A DNA stretch of 64,000 nucleotides from Pseudomonadota bacterium (GTDB lineage Bacteria; Pseudomonadota; Alphaproteobacteria; Sphingomonadales; Sphingomonadaceae). The stretch is taken from contig JAIUPN010000009.1 of NCBI GenBank assembly GCA_020160755.1, positions 73,694-137,693 of the forward strand. The letters run 5' to 3'. The notes beneath the pieces are model-generated. The model was not told where the DNA came from. It ran no database searches and worked only from the letters and a program-made list of their open reading frames with translations. Within the stretch, counting starts at the first letter, position 1, and every line of letters starts with the position of its first letter. The position numbers and the translations under genes are program-made. Below, in pieces: positions 43,286 to 55,815 of the stretch.

Positions 43286-44970
43286 ATACGCTGGTCGTCC
43301 GTCCGACCCGGGTTCGTACCGCTGGTGTGCGGCAGCAGATCCTGCTGACCGCGCAGCAGCGTTTGATGATCCTGATGCTTTTGTTCGGGGCGGCCTTTTT
43401 CCTCGTTTCGATGCGCCTCGTCTATTTCGCGCTGTTCGACACTTCGGCGAGCCGGGGCGCCGCGACCGCCTTCGTCCCTGCGCGCGCCGATATCATCGAC
43501 CGCAATGGCGTGCCGCTCGCGCGCACCATCGATGGCTATTCGATCCGCGTCGTCCCGTCGAAGCTGCTCAACAACCGGCAATATCTGGCCGATGAACTCT
43601 ACAAGATTTTCCCCGACACGCCGCGCGAGGAACTGCTGGCAAAGGTCAGCGGTTCGCGCCCGACCTATATCCGTCGTCGCGCGCTGCCCGATCAGGTCGC
43701 GGCGGTAAATGCGATCGGCGACGTCGGCTTCGATTTCCCGCGCGAAAAGGAGCGCCTCTATCCGCAGCTCACCCTTGCGGCGCATGTGCTCGGCTTCACC
43801 AATGCCGGGGGCCATGGCGTCACCGGCGTCGAGGGCGCGTTCGATCAGCGGCTGATCGACAAGGCGACGCGCGGCCAGCCGCTCGCGTTGTCGATCGACG
43901 CGCGCGTGCAGGGCGTGCTCGAAAGCGAACTGAGCGCGGCGGTCGCCAACCTCGAGGCGATTGGCGGCGCGGGGGTCATTCTAGACGTCCACACCGGCGA
44001 AGTCGCGGCGATGACCTCGCTGCCGACCTTCAATCCGAACAAGCTGACCGGCAGTGACCCGGCGACGCGCCGCAACGCCGTGACCTATAATCTCTACGAG
44101 CTGGGTTCGACCTTTAAACCGCTGTCGATCGCCGCCGCGATCGACGATGGCGTGGTGACGAGCATGGCACGCCGCTACGATGCTTCGGCGCCGCTCGCGA
44201 TCGCCGGCTTCCGTATCCGCGACAGCCATCCGGGGCGCTGGTACAATGTCCCCGAAACGCTGATCCAGAGCTCGAACATCGCGACCGCGCGCATCGCCGA
44301 CGAACTCGGCCGCGAAAATATGGAGCGGCTCTTCCGCAATCTCGATTTCGACAAGCGTCCGCAGATCGACCTCAAGGAACGCGCCTTCCCGTTGTGGCCG
44401 AAGGATTGGGGGCGGCTGACCACGATGACGACCAGCTATGGTCATGGCATCGCGGTGACCCCGATGCACCTCGCCAGCGGTTATGCGGCGCTCGTCAACG
44501 GCGGCATCTATCGCCCTGCGACGCTGATCAAGCTCGGCGACAAGGCGCCGCCGCAAGGGCGCCGCGTGTTCAAGGCGGCGACCAGCGCGCGGATGCGCCA
44601 GCTTCTTCGCCTTATCGTCTCGGACGGCACCGGCAAACAGGCCGACGCGCCGGGCTTTCGCGTCGGCGGCAAGACCGGATCGGCCGAAAAGCCGGGCGCG
44701 GGCGGCTATCGCCGTCATTCGCTCGTCTCCACCTTCGCCGCGGCTTTCCCGATGGACAATCCGCGCTACATCGTTCTCGTGATGATCGACGAGCCAAAGG
44801 GTAATGCGTACAGTTCGGGCCAGCGTACCGCAGGCTGGACCGCGGCGCCCGTGGTGCGCAAGGTCGTCACCCGCGCGGGCCCGATGCTCGGCGTCTTCCC
44901 CGACGAAAGCCGCGACGTCGACGTATCCGAACTGATTCCGCTCGTGCGGAAGGGTGAGGAAGCGAACTGA
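43282..44970 (+). CDS. ftsI: peptidoglycan D,D-transpeptidase FtsI (PBP3)
   Basis: ATG 43282 (ATGA overlap). TM helix, then the STFK motif (LGSTFKPLSIAAAI), SSN (IQSSNIA) and KTGS (GGKTGSAEK). Confidence 0.93.
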   Translation: MNTLVVRPTRVRTAGVRQQILLTAQQRLMILMLLFGAAFFLVSMRLVYFALFDTSASRGAATAFVPARADIIDRNGVPLARTIDGYSIRVVPSKLLNNRQYLADELYKIFPDTPREELLAKVSGSRPTYIRRRALPDQVAAVNAIGDVGFDFPREKERLYPQLTLAAHVLGFTNAGGHGVTGVEGAFDQRLIDKATRGQPLALSIDARVQGVLESELSAAVANLEAIGGAGVILDVHTGEVAAMTSLPTFNPNKLTGSDPATRRNAVTYNLYELGSTFKPLSIAAAIDDGVVTSMARRYDASAPLAIAGFRIRDSHPGRWYNVPETLIQSSNIATARIADELGRENMERLFRNLDFDKRPQIDLKERAFPLWPKDWGRLTTMTTSYGHGIAVTPMHLASGYAALVNGGIYRPATLIKLGDKAPPQGRRVFKAATSARMRQLLRLIVSDGTGKQADAPGFRVGGKTGSAEKPGAGGYRRHSLVSTFAAAFPMDNPRYIVLVMIDEPKGNAYSSGQRTAGWTAAPVVRKVVTRAGPMLGVFPDESRDVDVSELIPLVRKGEEAN

Positions 44971-46409
44971 TGCGTCTCGCCGCGCTGCTCGACGATCAGG
45001 GACTGGAGGGCAGCGATCCCGTTGTGACGGGGCTCGCTATCGATCACCGCAAGGTCGCGCCCGGAACGATTTTCGGCGCTTTCGTCGGCGAAAAGTTCAA
45101 CGGGGAGGATTTCATCGCCGCCGCGATCGAGGCGGGCGCGGTCGCGATCGTCGCCCGCCCCGAGGTGAAGGTCGAAGGTGCAGTGCATGTCGCCGACGCC
45201 AATCCGCGCCGCGCCTTCGCGCATATCGCGGCGCGTTTCTTTCACCGCTTTCCTGCGACCTGCGTCGCCGTCACCGGCACGAACGGCAAGACTTCGACCG
45301 TCGAGATGACGCGTCAGTTATGGCGGATGGCGGGGTTCAACGCCGCCTCGATCGGCACGCTCGGCATCACGACGTCGCTCGAAAGCGCCTCGACGGGCCT
45401 CACCACGCCCGACATCGTCACTTTCCTGTCGAACATGTCGGGCCTCGCCGCGGAGGGCGTGACCCATGCGGCATTCGAGGCGTCGAGCCACGGCCTCGAC
45501 CAGTACCGCACCGAAGGGCTGCCGGTGAAGGCGGCCGCCTTCACCAACCTCAGCCACGACCATCTCGACTATCACGGTACGATGGATGCCTATCTGGCCG
45601 CGAAGCTCCGCCTCTTTTCGGAAGTCGTCGAACCCGGCGGCTCGGCGGTCGTCTGGGCCGACGACGAATATTCGGCGCCGGTGATCGACGCGGCGAAGGC
45701 GCGCGGCGTCCGTCTGCTGACGGTCGGCGCGAAGGGTGAGGCGCTCCGCCTCGTTTCGCGCGAGCCGACCCAGCTCGGCCAGTCGCTCGTGATCGCCGCG
45801 GGCGAACGCACCCAAAAGGTCGAACTGCCGCTGATCGGCGCCTATCAGGTCGCGAACGCGCTGGTGTCGGCCGGGCTTGTCATCGCGACGGGCGGCGACG
45901 TCGCGCAGACGCTCGGCAATCTCGCGCGGCTCCAGCCGGTGCGCGGGCGCCTCGAGCGCGCCGCTATCACCCGGGCGGGCGCACCCGTCTATGTCGATTA
46001 TGCGCACACCCCCGACGCGATCGAGGCGGCACTCGACGCGCTGCGTCCGCACGCGACCGGACGCCTGATTCTCGTTTTCGGGGCGGGCGGTGACCGCGAC
46101 CAGGCGAAGCGCCCCGAAATGGGCAAGGCCGCGGCTGCGAAGGCCGAGGTGCTGATCGTCACCGACGACAATCCGCGCGGCGAAGATCCTGCCGTCATCC
46201 GCACGGCCATCGCCGCTGCCGCGCCGGGTGCGCAAGTGATCGGCGACCGCCGCGCCGCAATCGCTGCGGCGATCGCCGCGGCGCGCGCCGACGATATCGT
46301 CTGCATCGCCGGCAAGGGCCACGAACAGGGCCAGATCGTCGGGCGCGGTGACGATATGCGCGTCATCCCGTTCGACGATGTGATGGTCGCGCGCGAGGAG
46401 GCGGCATGA
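44970..46409 (+). CDS. murE: UDP-N-acetylmuramoyl-L-alanyl-D-glutamate--2,6-diaminopimelate ligase
   Basis: P-loop VTGTNGKTST and DYAHTPDAI...DNPRGEDP (DNPR motif). Confidence 0.95.
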   Translation: MRLAALLDDQGLEGSDPVVTGLAIDHRKVAPGTIFGAFVGEKFNGEDFIAAAIEAGAVAIVARPEVKVEGAVHVADANPRRAFAHIAARFFHRFPATCVAVTGTNGKTSTVEMTRQLWRMAGFNAASIGTLGITTSLESASTGLTTPDIVTFLSNMSGLAAEGVTHAAFEASSHGLDQYRTEGLPVKAAAFTNLSHDHLDYHGTMDAYLAAKLRLFSEVVEPGGSAVVWADDEYSAPVIDAAKARGVRLLTVGAKGEALRLVSREPTQLGQSLVIAAGERTQKVELPLIGAYQVANALVSAGLVIATGGDVAQTLGNLARLQPVRGRLERAAITRAGAPVYVDYAHTPDAIEAALDALRPHATGRLILVFGAGGDRDQAKRPEMGKAAAAKAEVLIVTDDNPRGEDPAVIRTAIAAAAPGAQVIGDRRAAIAAAIAAARADDIVCIAGKGHEQGQIVGRGDDMRVIPFDDVMVAREEAA

Positions 46410-47782
46410 ACCCGCTCTGGACCGCGCGCGCGATCGCATCGGCCACGGGGGGAACCGCGAGCGCCGATTTCACTGTCCACGGCGTCGCCTTCGACTCGCG
46501 CGAGGTGACGAAGGGCGACCTCTTCATCGCGATGAAGGGCGAGGTCGCCGATGGCCACGCCTTTGTCGACAAGGCGATCGCGGCGGGCGCCGCGGGCATC
46601 ATCTGCGAAACCGCCGTCGATCACCCGCATGTCCGCGTCGCCGACAGCGCCGCGGCGCTGAATGCTCTCGGCATTGCATCGCGCGCGCGCAGCCATGGCC
46701 GGATCATCGGCGTCACCGGCTCGGCGGGCAAGACGGGAACCAAGGAAGCGCTGTTCGCCGCGCTCGACCGCTTCCGTCCGGGCAAGGCGCATCGTTCGGT
46801 CAAGAGCTATAACAATCATGTCGGCGTGCCATTGAGCCTCGCGCGTATGCCCTCGACCGCCGACTTCGGTGTGTTCGAAATGGGGATGAACCACGCGGGC
46901 GAACTCGCCGATCTGACGCGCATGGTGCGTCCGCACGTCGCCATCGTCACGACGATCGCCCCCGCGCACATGGAGTTTTTCAGCGGCGAAGAGGCGATTG
47001 CCGACGCGAAGGGCGAGATTTTCGAAGGGATCGAGCCCGGCGGCACCGCGATCGTACCGTTCGACAGCCCGCATTATGCGCGCCTCCGTGCCAAGGCCGA
47101 ACAGCACGCCGCGCATGTCGTCAGCTTCGGGCTGGGCGAAGGCGCCGACGTGCGCGCGGTCGACTGGCTTTCGGACGGGAAGGGCGGCTCGCTCGTCACC
47201 GCGCAGGTGCAGGACTCGCTGCTCTGCTTCACCATCGCGCAGGCGGGCGCACACTGGGTGGCCAACTCGCTCGCGGTGCTCGCGGCGGTGAAGGCGGTCG
47301 GCGGCGACCTACCGGCGGCGGGGCTCGCCTTTGCCGAAATGGGTGGGCTGACCGGGCGCGGCGCGCGGCACCGCGTCGAAGTGCCGGGCGGCCACATCCT
47401 CGTCATCGACGAAAGTTACAACGCCAATCCCGCCTCGATGGCGGCGACGATCGACCAGTTCGGTACCGAATCCGCCGATCGCAAAGTGGCGATTCTCGGT
47501 GCGATGAAGGAACTGGGTCCCGGCGGAGAGGCGTATCACGCGGGCCTCGCGGCTCCGCTCGTCGCGGCGGGAGTGCAATTCGCCCTGCTTGTCGGCGAAG
47601 AGATGGCGCCGCTCGCCAAAGCGCTTGAGGGCCGCATCGATTTCGAGCATGTGCCCGCGCACTCTGCCGCGACCGCGCGGCTCAAACACCTGATCCGCGC
47701 CGGCGACGCCGTGCTGGTGAAGGGGTCGAACAGTGTCGGCCTGTCGCATGTCGTGACGGCGCTGACCAACGGGGATTATTGA
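46406..47782 (+). CDS. murF: UDP-N-acetylmuramoyl-tripeptide--D-alanyl-D-alanine ligase
   Basis: ATGA overlap with mur[13 protein letters not shown] and [11 protein letters not shown]. Confidence 0.95.
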   Translation: MNPLWTARAIASATGGTASADFTVHGVAFDSREVTKGDLFIAMKGEVADGHAFVDKAIAAGAAGIICETAVDHPHVRVADSAAALNALGIASRARSHGRIIGVTGSAGKTGTKEALFAALDRFRPGKAHRSVKSYNNHVGVPLSLARMPSTADFGVFEMGMNHAGELADLTRMVRPHVAIVTTIAPAHMEFFSGEEAIADAKGEIFEGIEPGGTAIVPFDSPHYARLRAKAEQHAAHVVSFGLGEGADVRAVDWLSDGKGGSLVTAQVQDSLLCFTIAQAGAHWVANSLAVLAAVKAVGGDLPAAGLAFAEMGGLTGRGARHRVEVPGGHILVIDESYNANPASMAATIDQFGTESADRKVAILGAMKELGPGGEAYHAGLAAPLVAAGVQFALLVGEEMAPLAKALEGRIDFEHVPAHSAATARLKHLIRAGDAVLVKGSNSVGLSHVVTALTNGDY

Positions 47783-48852
47783 TGCTTTACTGGCTGGCAG
47801 AATGGCTTGGCTTTCCGGGGGCGCTCAACCTCATTCGCTACCTGAGCTTCCGCTCAGGGGCGGCGGTTGCGACCGCGCTGATCATCGGGCTGTGGATCGG
47901 CCCGCGCTTCATCCTGATGCTGCGGATGCGGCAAGGGAAGGGGCAGCCGATCCGCGACGACGGTCCGCAAAGTCACCTCGCGAAAAAAGGCACGCCGACG
48001 ATGGGCGGGCTGATGATCCTCATTTCGCTGATGATTTCGGCGCTCCTGTGGATGGACCTGTCGAACCGCTTCGTCTGGGCGTGCCTGTTCGTCACCGGCG
48101 GGTTCGCCGTGGTCGGCTTCCTCGACGATCTCGACAAGGTCACCAAGGCCAGCCATCGTGGGATTCCGGGGCGCGTGCGCCTGCTGATCGAGTTCGTGAT
48201 CGCGGCGGTTGCGGTGCTGCTCATCGTCTCGCGCACCGGTACCGACCTCTATCTGCCTTTCTTCAGCGGCATCGTGATCCCGATGGGGCCGTTCTATTAT
48301 GTCTTTGCGATGGTGCTGATCGTCGGCTTCGGCAATGCGGTGAACCTGACCGACGGGCTCGACGGGCTCGCGACCTTCCCGGTGATCATCGCCAGCCTGA
48401 CCTTCCTCGTCATCGTCTATCTGTCGGGCAATGTGAAGTTCGCGGGCTATCTTGGCATCCCGCACGTTCCCGGCGCGGGCGAGCTTGCGGTCTTTGCCGC
48501 CGCGATCATCGGCGCCTGCCTCGCCTTCCTGTGGTTCAACGCGCCTCCCGCGGCCGTCTTCATGGGCGATACGGGCAGCCTCGCGCTCGGCGGCGCGCTC
48601 GCGACGATCGCCGTCACCGCGCAGCACGAACTCGTCCTCGTCCTCGTCGGCGGGCTGTTCGTCGTCGAGGCGCTGTCGGTGATCATCCAGGTCTTCTGGT
48701 ACAAGCGCACGGGCAAGCGCGTCTTTCGCATGGCGCCGATCCACCATCATTTCGAACAATTGGGCTGGCCCGAATCCACCGTCGTCATTCGCTTCTGGAT
48801 CGTCTCGATCGTCCTCGCGCTCGCAGGGCTCGCGACCTTGAAGCTCCGGTGA
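47782..48852 (+). CDS. mraY: phospho-N-acetylmuramoyl-pentapeptide transferase
   Basis: MLYWLAEWL...[10 protein letters not shown]..., [13 protein letters not shown] and [15 protein letters not shown] 47782 overlaps the murF stop by 1 nt. The ORF track starts at TTG 47779. Confidence 0.96.
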   Translation: MLYWLAEWLGFPGALNLIRYLSFRSGAAVATALIIGLWIGPRFILMLRMRQGKGQPIRDDGPQSHLAKKGTPTMGGLMILISLMISALLWMDLSNRFVWACLFVTGGFAVVGFLDDLDKVTKASHRGIPGRVRLLIEFVIAAVAVLLIVSRTGTDLYLPFFSGIVIPMGPFYYVFAMVLIVGFGNAVNLTDGLDGLATFPVIIASLTFLVIVYLSGNVKFAGYLGIPHVPGAGELAVFAAAIIGACLAFLWFNAPPAAVFMGDTGSLALGGALATIAVTAQHELVLVLVGGLFVVEALSVIIQVFWYKRTGKRVFRMAPIHHHFEQLGWPESTVVIRFWIVSIVLALAGLATLKLR

Positions 48853-50153
48853 TCACCTCGCGCGTCTTTGCCGGCCGCCGCTATGCGGTACTGGGACTGG
48901 CGCGCTCGGGTCTGGCGACCGTCGAGGCGCTCATCGCCAGCGGTGCGGGCGTCACCGCATGGGACGACCGCGAGGAAGCGCGCGACGACGCGATGGCATT
49001 GGGCGCCGACATCGGCAACCCCCTCGAGATCGACCTCATCGGCTTTGCGGGCGTCGTTGTGTCGCCCGGCGTGCCCCTGAACCGCCACCCGATCGCGGCA
49101 CATGCGCGTGAGGCGCATGTCCCCGTCATCGGCGATGTCGAACTCTTCGCCGAGGCACAGGGCGAACTGCCGCCGCACAAGGTCGTCGGCATCACCGGCA
49201 CCAACGGCAAGTCGACTGTCACCGCGCTTATCGCGCATATGCTGGAGAGCGCGGGCGTGCCGACGCTGATGGGCGGCAATATCGGCCTGCCGATCCTCAG
49301 CCGCGAGCCGCTTCCCGAAGGCGGGGTCTATGTCCTCGAACTGTCGAGCTACCAGATCGACCTGTCGCACAGCCTCGCTTGCGATATTGCAGTGCTCACC
49401 AACCTCAGTCCCGATCACCTTGACCGCTATGACGGCTTTGCCGGCTATACGGCATCGAAGGCGCGCCTCTTCGGCCTGCAGCATCGCGATCAGGTCGCGA
49501 TCGTCGCGGTCGATGACGATCCGTCGAAGATGATCGCGAGCCGCATCAACCACCGCCTGCACCGCGTCTCGGCGAAGGATATCGATCCGGTTGATCAAAT
49601 GCGCTGGCCCGCGCTGCAAGGGCCACACAACGCGCAGAACGCCGTGTGCGCGATCGCGGTGTGCCGCGTGCTGGGGCTGAATGACGAACAGATCGAGCGG
49701 GGGCTCGCGACCTACAAGTCGCTCCCGCATCGCATGGAATTGGTCGGCGAAGTCGGGGGGGTCAGCTGGTTCAACGACAGCAAGGCTACCAACGCGGCTT
49801 CCGCTGCACCGGCGCTGGCGGCTTTCCCGCCGGCGCCGGACCAGCGTCTTCACTGGATCGCGGGCGGCAAGGCCAAGGGCGACGGACTTGCGGCGTGTCA
49901 TCCATGGTTCGGCCACGTGAAGCGCGCCTATCTGATCGGCGAGGCGATGGAGCCCTTCGCGGCCGAGATCGGCGATGCGATTCCGGTCGAGCGGTCGGGG
50001 GATATGGCGACCGCGGTGAAGCAGGCGGCGGCCGCGGCAAAGCCTGGCGATATCGTGCTGCTGTCGCCTGCATGCGCGTCGTTCGACCAGTTCAGGGATT
50101 ATGAACAGCGCGGCGATGCGTTTCGCGCGGCGGTACAGGCGCTCGGGGCATGA
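48849..50153 (+). CDS. murD: UDP-N-acetylmuramoylalanine--D-glutamate ligase
   Basis: GTG 48849 (GTGA overlap). [12 protein letters not shown] and [11 protein letters not shown]. The upstream part of ORF 47802..50153 overlaps mraY out of frame. Confidence 0.93.
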   Translation: MITSRVFAGRRYAVLGLARSGLATVEALIASGAGVTAWDDREEARDDAMALGADIGNPLEIDLIGFAGVVVSPGVPLNRHPIAAHAREAHVPVIGDVELFAEAQGELPPHKVVGITGTNGKSTVTALIAHMLESAGVPTLMGGNIGLPILSREPLPEGGVYVLELSSYQIDLSHSLACDIAVLTNLSPDHLDRYDGFAGYTASKARLFGLQHRDQVAIVAVDDDPSKMIASRINHRLHRVSAKDIDPVDQMRWPALQGPHNAQNAVCAIAVCRVLGLNDEQIERGLATYKSLPHRMELVGEVGGVSWFNDSKATNAASAAPALAAFPPAPDQRLHWIAGGKAKGDGLAACHPWFGHVKRAYLIGEAMEPFAAEIGDAIPVERSGDMATAVKQAAAAAKPGDIVLLSPACASFDQFRDYEQRGDAFRAAVQALGA

Positions 50154-51385
50154 GCGGGGGGGACAATATCGACGCGACCGAACGGCCGGTGATCGCCACG
50201 ACGACCCGCACGACCAAACGCCGCGGCCCGCGCCTCAGCCGCGCCGACCGCACGCCGCTCGGGCTGTGGTTCTGGGAAATCGACCGCGTCCTCCTGCTGC
50301 TCGTGTCGATCCTCGTCGCGATCGGGCTCGTTGCCGTCGCCGCGGCATCGCCCGTCGCCGCGCAGAAACTATCGACCTCGACCGCGTCGCTCGACCCGCT
50401 CTATTACTTCTACCGCCAGCTGATGTGGGTGATGGTCGGCGTACCGGTCATGCTCGCGGTGTCGATGCTGCCCAAGCCGCAGGCGCGGCGCTTCGCGATT
50501 TACGGTACCGTCAGCTTTCTCGTCCTGCTCTTCCTCGTGCCGCTGATCGGCACGTCAGTGAACGGCGCGCAGCGCTGGATCGGCAGCGGCGTGTTCCGGC
50601 TCCAGCCATCCGAATTTCTCAAACCCTTTTTCGCGGTGTCGCTCGCATGGATATTGTCGCTGCGGCTGCATGACCAGAGCTTGCCGGTCGTCCCGCTCGC
50701 CGCCGCATTGACCGGCGTCATCGCACTTTTGCTGATGGGGCAGCCCGATCTGGGGCAGACGATCATCTTCGCTGCTACCTGGTTCGTCCTCGTGCTCGTC
50801 GCCGGCCTGTCGATGCGGATCATGGGGATGCTCGCAGGCGCGGGGGTCGTCGGGATCATCCTTGCCTATTTCTTCTATCCCGTCGCTCAGCAGCGCATCA
50901 ACATCTGGCTGTTTGCCGAGGGCGACAGCTTTCAGGTCGACAAGGCGCATGCGACCCTTACGGCCGGGGGGCTGATCGGCACCGGCCCCGGCGCGGGCCT
51001 TGCCAAATTCCAGCTCCCCGAAGCGCACACCGACTATATCTTTTCGGTCATCGGCGAAGAGTTCGGAATGATCGCGTGCATCGCGATCGCCATCCTCTAT
51101 CTCGCGATCATCGTCCGCGTCCTCGTCCGCCTGCTCGACGAGGAAGACAGCTTTCTGATCCTCGCCGTCGCGGGGCTTGTCGCGCAGTTCGGTGGACAGG
51201 CGGTGATCAACATGGCGGTGAACACGCAGATCTTCCCGTCGAAGGGGATGACGTTGCCGTTCATCAGCTATGGCGGTTCGTCGTTCATCGCTTTGTCGAT
51301 CGGCATGGGTTTGCTCTTGTCGCTGACCCGCCGGAACCCCTATGCGGCTCGGGTATCGATGACCCGAAACTGGAACAAGAAATGA
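50150..51385 (+). CDS. ftsW: SEDS-family peptidoglycan glycosyltransferase FtsW
   Basis: ATGA overlap. Polytopic, with RWIGSGVFRLQPSEFLKP, PEAHTDYIFSVIGEEFG and LPFISYGGSS. Confidence 0.93.
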   Translation: MSGGDNIDATERPVIATTTRTTKRRGPRLSRADRTPLGLWFWEIDRVLLLLVSILVAIGLVAVAAASPVAAQKLSTSTASLDPLYYFYRQLMWVMVGVPVMLAVSMLPKPQARRFAIYGTVSFLVLLFLVPLIGTSVNGAQRWIGSGVFRLQPSEFLKPFFAVSLAWILSLRLHDQSLPVVPLAAALTGVIALLLMGQPDLGQTIIFAATWFVLVLVAGLSMRIMGMLAGAGVVGIILAYFFYPVAQQRINIWLFAEGDSFQVDKAHATLTAGGLIGTGPGAGLAKFQLPEAHTDYIFSVIGEEFGMIACIAIAILYLAIIVRVLVRLLDEEDSFLILAVAGLVAQFGGQAVINMAVNTQIFPSKGMTLPFISYGGSSFIALSIGMGLLLSLTRRNPYAARVSMTRNWNKK

Positions 51386-52566
51386 CCGCAACACGCCACT
51401 TCCTTCTCGCCGCCGGCGGGACGGGGGGACATATGCTGCCTGCCTATGCCCTCGCGGGCGAACTGATCGCGCGCGGACACCGCGTTGCGCTGGTCAGCGA
51501 CGATCGCGGCCTCAGGATTCCGGGAGCGCCCGCCGAACTCGAAACGCACGTCCTCCCCGCCGGCCGTGTTTCGGGCGGGCCGGTCGGCTGGCTGAAAGCC
51601 GCGCTTGCGATCCGCAAGGGCCGGCGCATGGCGATCGAACTGATCCGCGACTTCAATCCTGCGGTCGTCGTCGGCTTTGGCGGCTATCCGTCGCTTCCCA
51701 GTCTGCTCGCCGCGGGCGCGACGAAGCGTCCGCGCGTACTCCACGAACAAAATGCCGTGCTCGGCCGCGTCAACCGGATGATGGCGCCGCGCGTCGATGC
51801 CGTTGCGGTCGCGTACCACAATATCCAGCGCTACCCCGAAGGGCATGAGCTGAAGAAGCACATCACCGGCAACCCGGTGCGCGACGAGATCGTCGCGATC
51901 CGCGAGGAGGGCTTCCCGCCGCTGCCCGAAGACGGCATCTTCCGCCTGCTCGTCGTCGGGGGAAGCCTTGGTGCGACGGTCCTCAGCGAGGTCGTGCCCG
52001 CCGCGATTGCGATGCTGCCGCGCGCGCTGCTCGACCGGTTGCAGGTTGTCCAGCAGTGCCGCGAGGACGATCTCGAGGCGGTGCGCGCCAAATATGCCGA
52101 ACTTGGCGTCGCCGCCGAATGTGCGCCTTACATCAAGGATTTTCCGGAACGGCTGCGCTGGGCGCATATGGTCATCGCGCGCGCGGGGGCGTCGACCGTC
52201 GCCGAACTCGCCTGCGCGGGGCGCCCCGCGATCTTCGTTCCCTATCCGAGCGCGATGGACAATCACCAGACATACAATGTCGTCGACCTCGTCGAAGCCG
52301 GCGGGGCGATCGCGTTCCAGCAACCCGATTTCACGCCCGCCGAGGTGGCGAAGCATATCCAGCGTATGGCGCTCGAACCCGGCGCGCTCGAAGCCGCCGC
52401 CGAACGCGCCGCAAGCTGCGGGCTTCCCGATGCGACGCGCGACCTCGCCGACCTCGTCGAATCGCTCGCTGCACCGCCGATGATGGACGTGATCCGCGTC
52501 GGCGCCTCGTCGCGTTCGGCTGCGGTCGCCAGCGGCGTCGCCGCGACGCGCGCGGGAGACCGCTGA
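51382..52566 (+). CDS. murG: undecaprenyldiphospho-muramoylpentapeptide beta-N-acetylglucosaminyltransferase
   Basis: ATG 51382 (ATGA overlap). [18 protein letters not shown] and [24 protein letters not shown]. Confidence 0.95.
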   Translation: MTATRHFLLAAGGTGGHMLPAYALAGELIARGHRVALVSDDRGLRIPGAPAELETHVLPAGRVSGGPVGWLKAALAIRKGRRMAIELIRDFNPAVVVGFGGYPSLPSLLAAGATKRPRVLHEQNAVLGRVNRMMAPRVDAVAVAYHNIQRYPEGHELKKHITGNPVRDEIVAIREEGFPPLPEDGIFRLLVVGGSLGATVLSEVVPAAIAMLPRALLDRLQVVQQCREDDLEAVRAKYAELGVAAECAPYIKDFPERLRWAHMVIARAGASTVAELACAGRPAIFVPYPSAMDNHQTYNVVDLVEAGGAIAFQQPDFTPAEVAKHIQRMALEPGALEAAAERAASCGLPDATRDLADLVESLAAPPMMDVIRVGASSRSAAVASGVAATRAGDR

Positions 52567-53996
52567 TGCGCGGCGTTGCGACCGATATCGGCACCATCCA
52601 CTTCATCGGCATCGGCGGCATCGGCATGTCGGGCATCGCCGAGGTGATGCACAACCTCGGCTATCAGGTGCAGGGCAGCGACATCGCCGAAAGCTATGTC
52701 GTCGAAGGCCTGCGCAAGCGCGGGATCAAGGTCGCGATCGGGCATGAAGCGTCGAACGTCGACGGCGTCGCGGTCGTCGTGACTTCGACCGCGGTCAAAC
52801 GCGGCAATCCCGAGGTCGAGGCCGCGCTCGCGCAGCGCATCCCGCTCGTCCGCCGCGCCGAGATGCTCGCCGAGCTGATGCGGCTGAAATCGACCGTTGC
52901 GATCGCGGGCACCCACGGCAAGACCACGACGACCAGCCTCGTCGCGGCGCTGCTCGACGCGGGCGGGATCGATCCGACCGTGATCAACGGCGGCATCATC
53001 AACAATTATGGCTCGAACGCGCGGCTTGGCGCGAGCGACTGGATGGTGGTCGAGGCCGACGAGAGCGACGGCAGCTTCCTCCGCCTCGACGGGACGATCG
53101 CGGTCGTCACCAACATCGATCCCGAACATCTCGACCATTATGGCAGCTTCGACGCGATCAAGGACGCGTTCGTCGAGTTTATCGAGAATGTGCCTTTCTA
53201 TGGCGCCGCGATGCTCTGTCTCGACCATCCCGAGGTGCAGGCGATCATCCCGCGCATCCGCGACCGCCGCATCGTCACCTATGGCTTCTCTGCCCAAGCC
53301 GATGTGCGCGGGACCAATGTGACGCCCGGCCCCGACGGCAACCGCTTCGACGTCGTCGTGCGCGACCGCGATGGCAACAGCCGCACGATCGAGGGCATTC
53401 ATTTGCCGATGTCGGGACGCCATAATGTCCAGAACTCGCTCGCCGCGATTGCGGTCGCGCTGCACATGGGCGTGCCGGACGACAAGATCGTCTCGGGCTT
53501 CAACGGTTTTGCCGGGGTCAAGCGCCGCTTCACCAAGGTGGGCGAGATTGTAGCGGGTGAGGGCGTCGTCACCGTGATCGACGATTATGCGCACCACCCC
53601 GTCGAGATCCGCGCCGTCCTGTCGGCCGCACGCGAGGGCGTCGGCGCGGGCCGCGTCGTCGGCGTCGTCCAGCCGCACCGTTTCACGCGCCTGCGCGATC
53701 ATATGGACGATTTCCAGCAGGCGTTTAACGACGCCGATATCGTGCTCGCGCTGCCCGTCTATGCGGCAGGCGAAGCGTCGATCGACGGCGTGTCGTCGGA
53801 TGCGCTGGTCGAAGGCCTGCGCGATCGCGGTCATCGTCAGGCCAATGCCGTCGCCGACGCGGGCGCGCTGGCCTCCGCCATCGCGACGAGCATCGCGGCG
53901 GGCGACCTCGGCGCGGGCGACATGATCATCTGCCTTGGTGCGGGCGATATCACCAGGATGGCGGCCGGCCTCGCGGCGGCGGTCGAGGCGGCATGA
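52566..53996 (+). CDS. murC: UDP-N-acetylmuramate--L-alanine ligase
   Basis: ATG 52566 overlaps the murG stop by 1 nt. [28 protein letters not shown] and EADESDGSF. Confidence 0.96.
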   Translation: MRGVATDIGTIHFIGIGGIGMSGIAEVMHNLGYQVQGSDIAESYVVEGLRKRGIKVAIGHEASNVDGVAVVVTSTAVKRGNPEVEAALAQRIPLVRRAEMLAELMRLKSTVAIAGTHGKTTTTSLVAALLDAGGIDPTVINGGIINNYGSNARLGASDWMVVEADESDGSFLRLDGTIAVVTNIDPEHLDHYGSFDAIKDAFVEFIENVPFYGAAMLCLDHPEVQAIIPRIRDRRIVTYGFSAQADVRGTNVTPGPDGNRFDVVVRDRDGNSRTIEGIHLPMSGRHNVQNSLAAIAVALHMGVPDDKIVSGFNGFAGVKRRFTKVGEIVAGEGVVTVIDDYAHHPVEIRAVLSAAREGVGAGRVVGVVQPHRFTRLRDHMDDFQQAFNDADIVLALPVYAAGEASIDGVSSDALVEGLRDRGHRQANAVADAGALASAIATSIAAGDLGAGDMIICLGAGDITRMAAGLAAAVEAA

Positions 53997-54892
53997 GCGC
54001 TGCCGATACCCTCCCGGCCGTGCGCGGCAAGCTGACGGCAAAGGCGCCGCTGGCACCGCTCGTCTGGTTCAAGTCGGGCGGCCCCGCCGACTGGCTGTTC
54101 GAGCCGAAGGATGCCGACGACCTCGCCGATTTTCTGCGCGACCTCGATCCTTCGGTACCGGTGATGGCGCTCGGCCTCGGATCGAACCTCATCGTTCGCG
54201 ACGGCGGTTTTCGAGGCGTTGTCGTCCGGTTAGGCAAGGCGTTCGCGAAGGTCGAAGCCACGGACGAAACGACGCTGCGCTGCGGCGGCGGCGCGTCGGG
54301 CATTCTCGTTTCCTCGACCGCGCGCGACGCCGGGATCGCGGGCATGGAGTTCCTCCGCTCGATCCCCGGCACCGTCGGCGGCTTTGTGCGGATGAACGGC
54401 GGCGCCTATGGCGGCGAGGTCAAGGATATCCTGATCGATTGCGATATCGTGCTGCGCTCGGGCGAACGCCGCACGTTGCCGCTCGCCGACCTCGGCTATA
54501 CCTATCGCCACAGCGAATTGCCCGAAGGCGCGGTCGTGATCGGTGCGACCTTCCGCGGTGAGCCCGGCGAACCCGCAGCCATTCAGGCCGAAATGGACCG
54601 CATCTCGGCGAGCCGCGAAGCGTCGCAGCCGCTGCGCTCGAAGACCGGCGGGTCGACCTTCAAGAACCCCGACGGGCACAAGGCGTGGCAACTCGTCGAC
54701 GAGGCCGGCTGCCGCGGCTTCGCGGTCGGCGGCGCGCAGGTCAGCGAAAAGCACACCAATTTCCTCATCAACACGGGTGAGGCGACGAGCGCCGATATCG
54801 AGGCACTCGGCGAGGAGGTCCGCCGCCGGGTGAAGGACAAGAGCGGCATCGAATTGCAATGGGAAATACAGCGCGTAGGAGTGAAGAAGTGA
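53993..54892 (+). CDS. murB: UDP-N-acetylenolpyruvoylglucosamine reductase
   Basis: ATGA overlap. FAD-binding region [23 protein letters not shown] and [15 protein letters not shown]. Confidence 0.95.
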   Translation: MSAADTLPAVRGKLTAKAPLAPLVWFKSGGPADWLFEPKDADDLADFLRDLDPSVPVMALGLGSNLIVRDGGFRGVVVRLGKAFAKVEATDETTLRCGGGASGILVSSTARDAGIAGMEFLRSIPGTVGGFVRMNGGAYGGEVKDILIDCDIVLRSGERRTLPLADLGYTYRHSELPEGAVVIGATFRGEPGEPAAIQAEMDRISASREASQPLRSKTGGSTFKNPDGHKAWQLVDEAGCRGFAVGGAQVSEKHTNFLINTGEATSADIEALGEEVRRRVKDKSGIELQWEIQRVGVKK

Positions 54893-55815
54893 GCCGGGGT
54901 CCTTGGCATGTCGCCGTCCTGATGGGCGGCTGGTCCGCTGAACGCGAAGTGTCGCTGATGAGCGGCAACGGCGTCGCCGATGCGCTGGAGTCGCGTGGGC
55001 ACAAGGTCACGCGCATCGACATGGACCGCGACGTCGCGCTGCGGCTTGCCGAAGCGAAGCCCGACGTCGTGTTCAACGCGCTCCACGGGGTTCCGGGCGA
55101 GGACGGGACGGTGCAGGGGATGCTCGACCTGATGGGCCTCAAATATACGCACAGCGGCCTCGTCACCTCGGTGATCGCGATCGACAAGGAATTGACGAAG
55201 CAGGCGCTGGTGCCGCATGGTATCCCGATGCCGACGGGGACCATGGTCGACAGCGAAAGCCTCTTTTCCATCGACCCCTTGCCGCGCCCCTATGTGCTCA
55301 AACCCGTCAACGAAGGCTCGTCGGTCGGAGTTGCGATCGTCAAGGACGACAGCAATTACGGCAACCCGATCGCGCGCGAAGCGGTGGGGCCGTGGCAGGA
55401 ATTCGACCGCCTGCTCGCCGAACCCTTCATCAAGGGGCGCGAACTGACCGTCGCGGTGCTCGCCGATCAGGCGCTCGCGGTCACCGAACTGCGCGTCAAA
55501 TCGGGTTTCTACGACTATGACGCCAAATATACCGACGGCCTGACCGAACATGTCTGCCCCGCCGATGTTCCCGACGAGGTGGCGCAGCGGATGAAGGATC
55601 TGGCGCTTCAGGCGCACCGCCTGCTCGGCTGCAAGGGCGCCTCGCGCTCGGATTTCCGCTGGGACGACGAACATGGCCTCACGGGCATCTACCTGCTCGA
55701 GGTCAACACCCAGCCGGGCATGACGCAGCTCAGCCTCGTGCCCGAACAGGGGCGCGCCGTCGGCATGGATTATGCCGAACTCGTCGAACGCATCGTGGGG
55801 GAAGCGTTATTATGA
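54889..55815 (+). CDS. ddl: D-alanine--D-alanine ligase
   Basis: GTG 54889 (GTGA overlap). VAVLMGGWSAEREVSL, ALHGVPGEDGTVQG and EVNTQPGMT. Confidence 0.95.
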   Translation: MSRGPWHVAVLMGGWSAEREVSLMSGNGVADALESRGHKVTRIDMDRDVALRLAEAKPDVVFNALHGVPGEDGTVQGMLDLMGLKYTHSGLVTSVIAIDKELTKQALVPHGIPMPTGTMVDSESLFSIDPLPRPYVLKPVNEGSSVGVAIVKDDSNYGNPIAREAVGPWQEFDRLLAEPFIKGRELTVAVLADQALAVTELRVKSGFYDYDAKYTDGLTEHVCPADVPDEVAQRMKDLALQAHRLLGCKGASRSDFRWDDEHGLTGIYLLEVNTQPGMTQLSLVPEQGRAVGMDYAELVERIVGEALL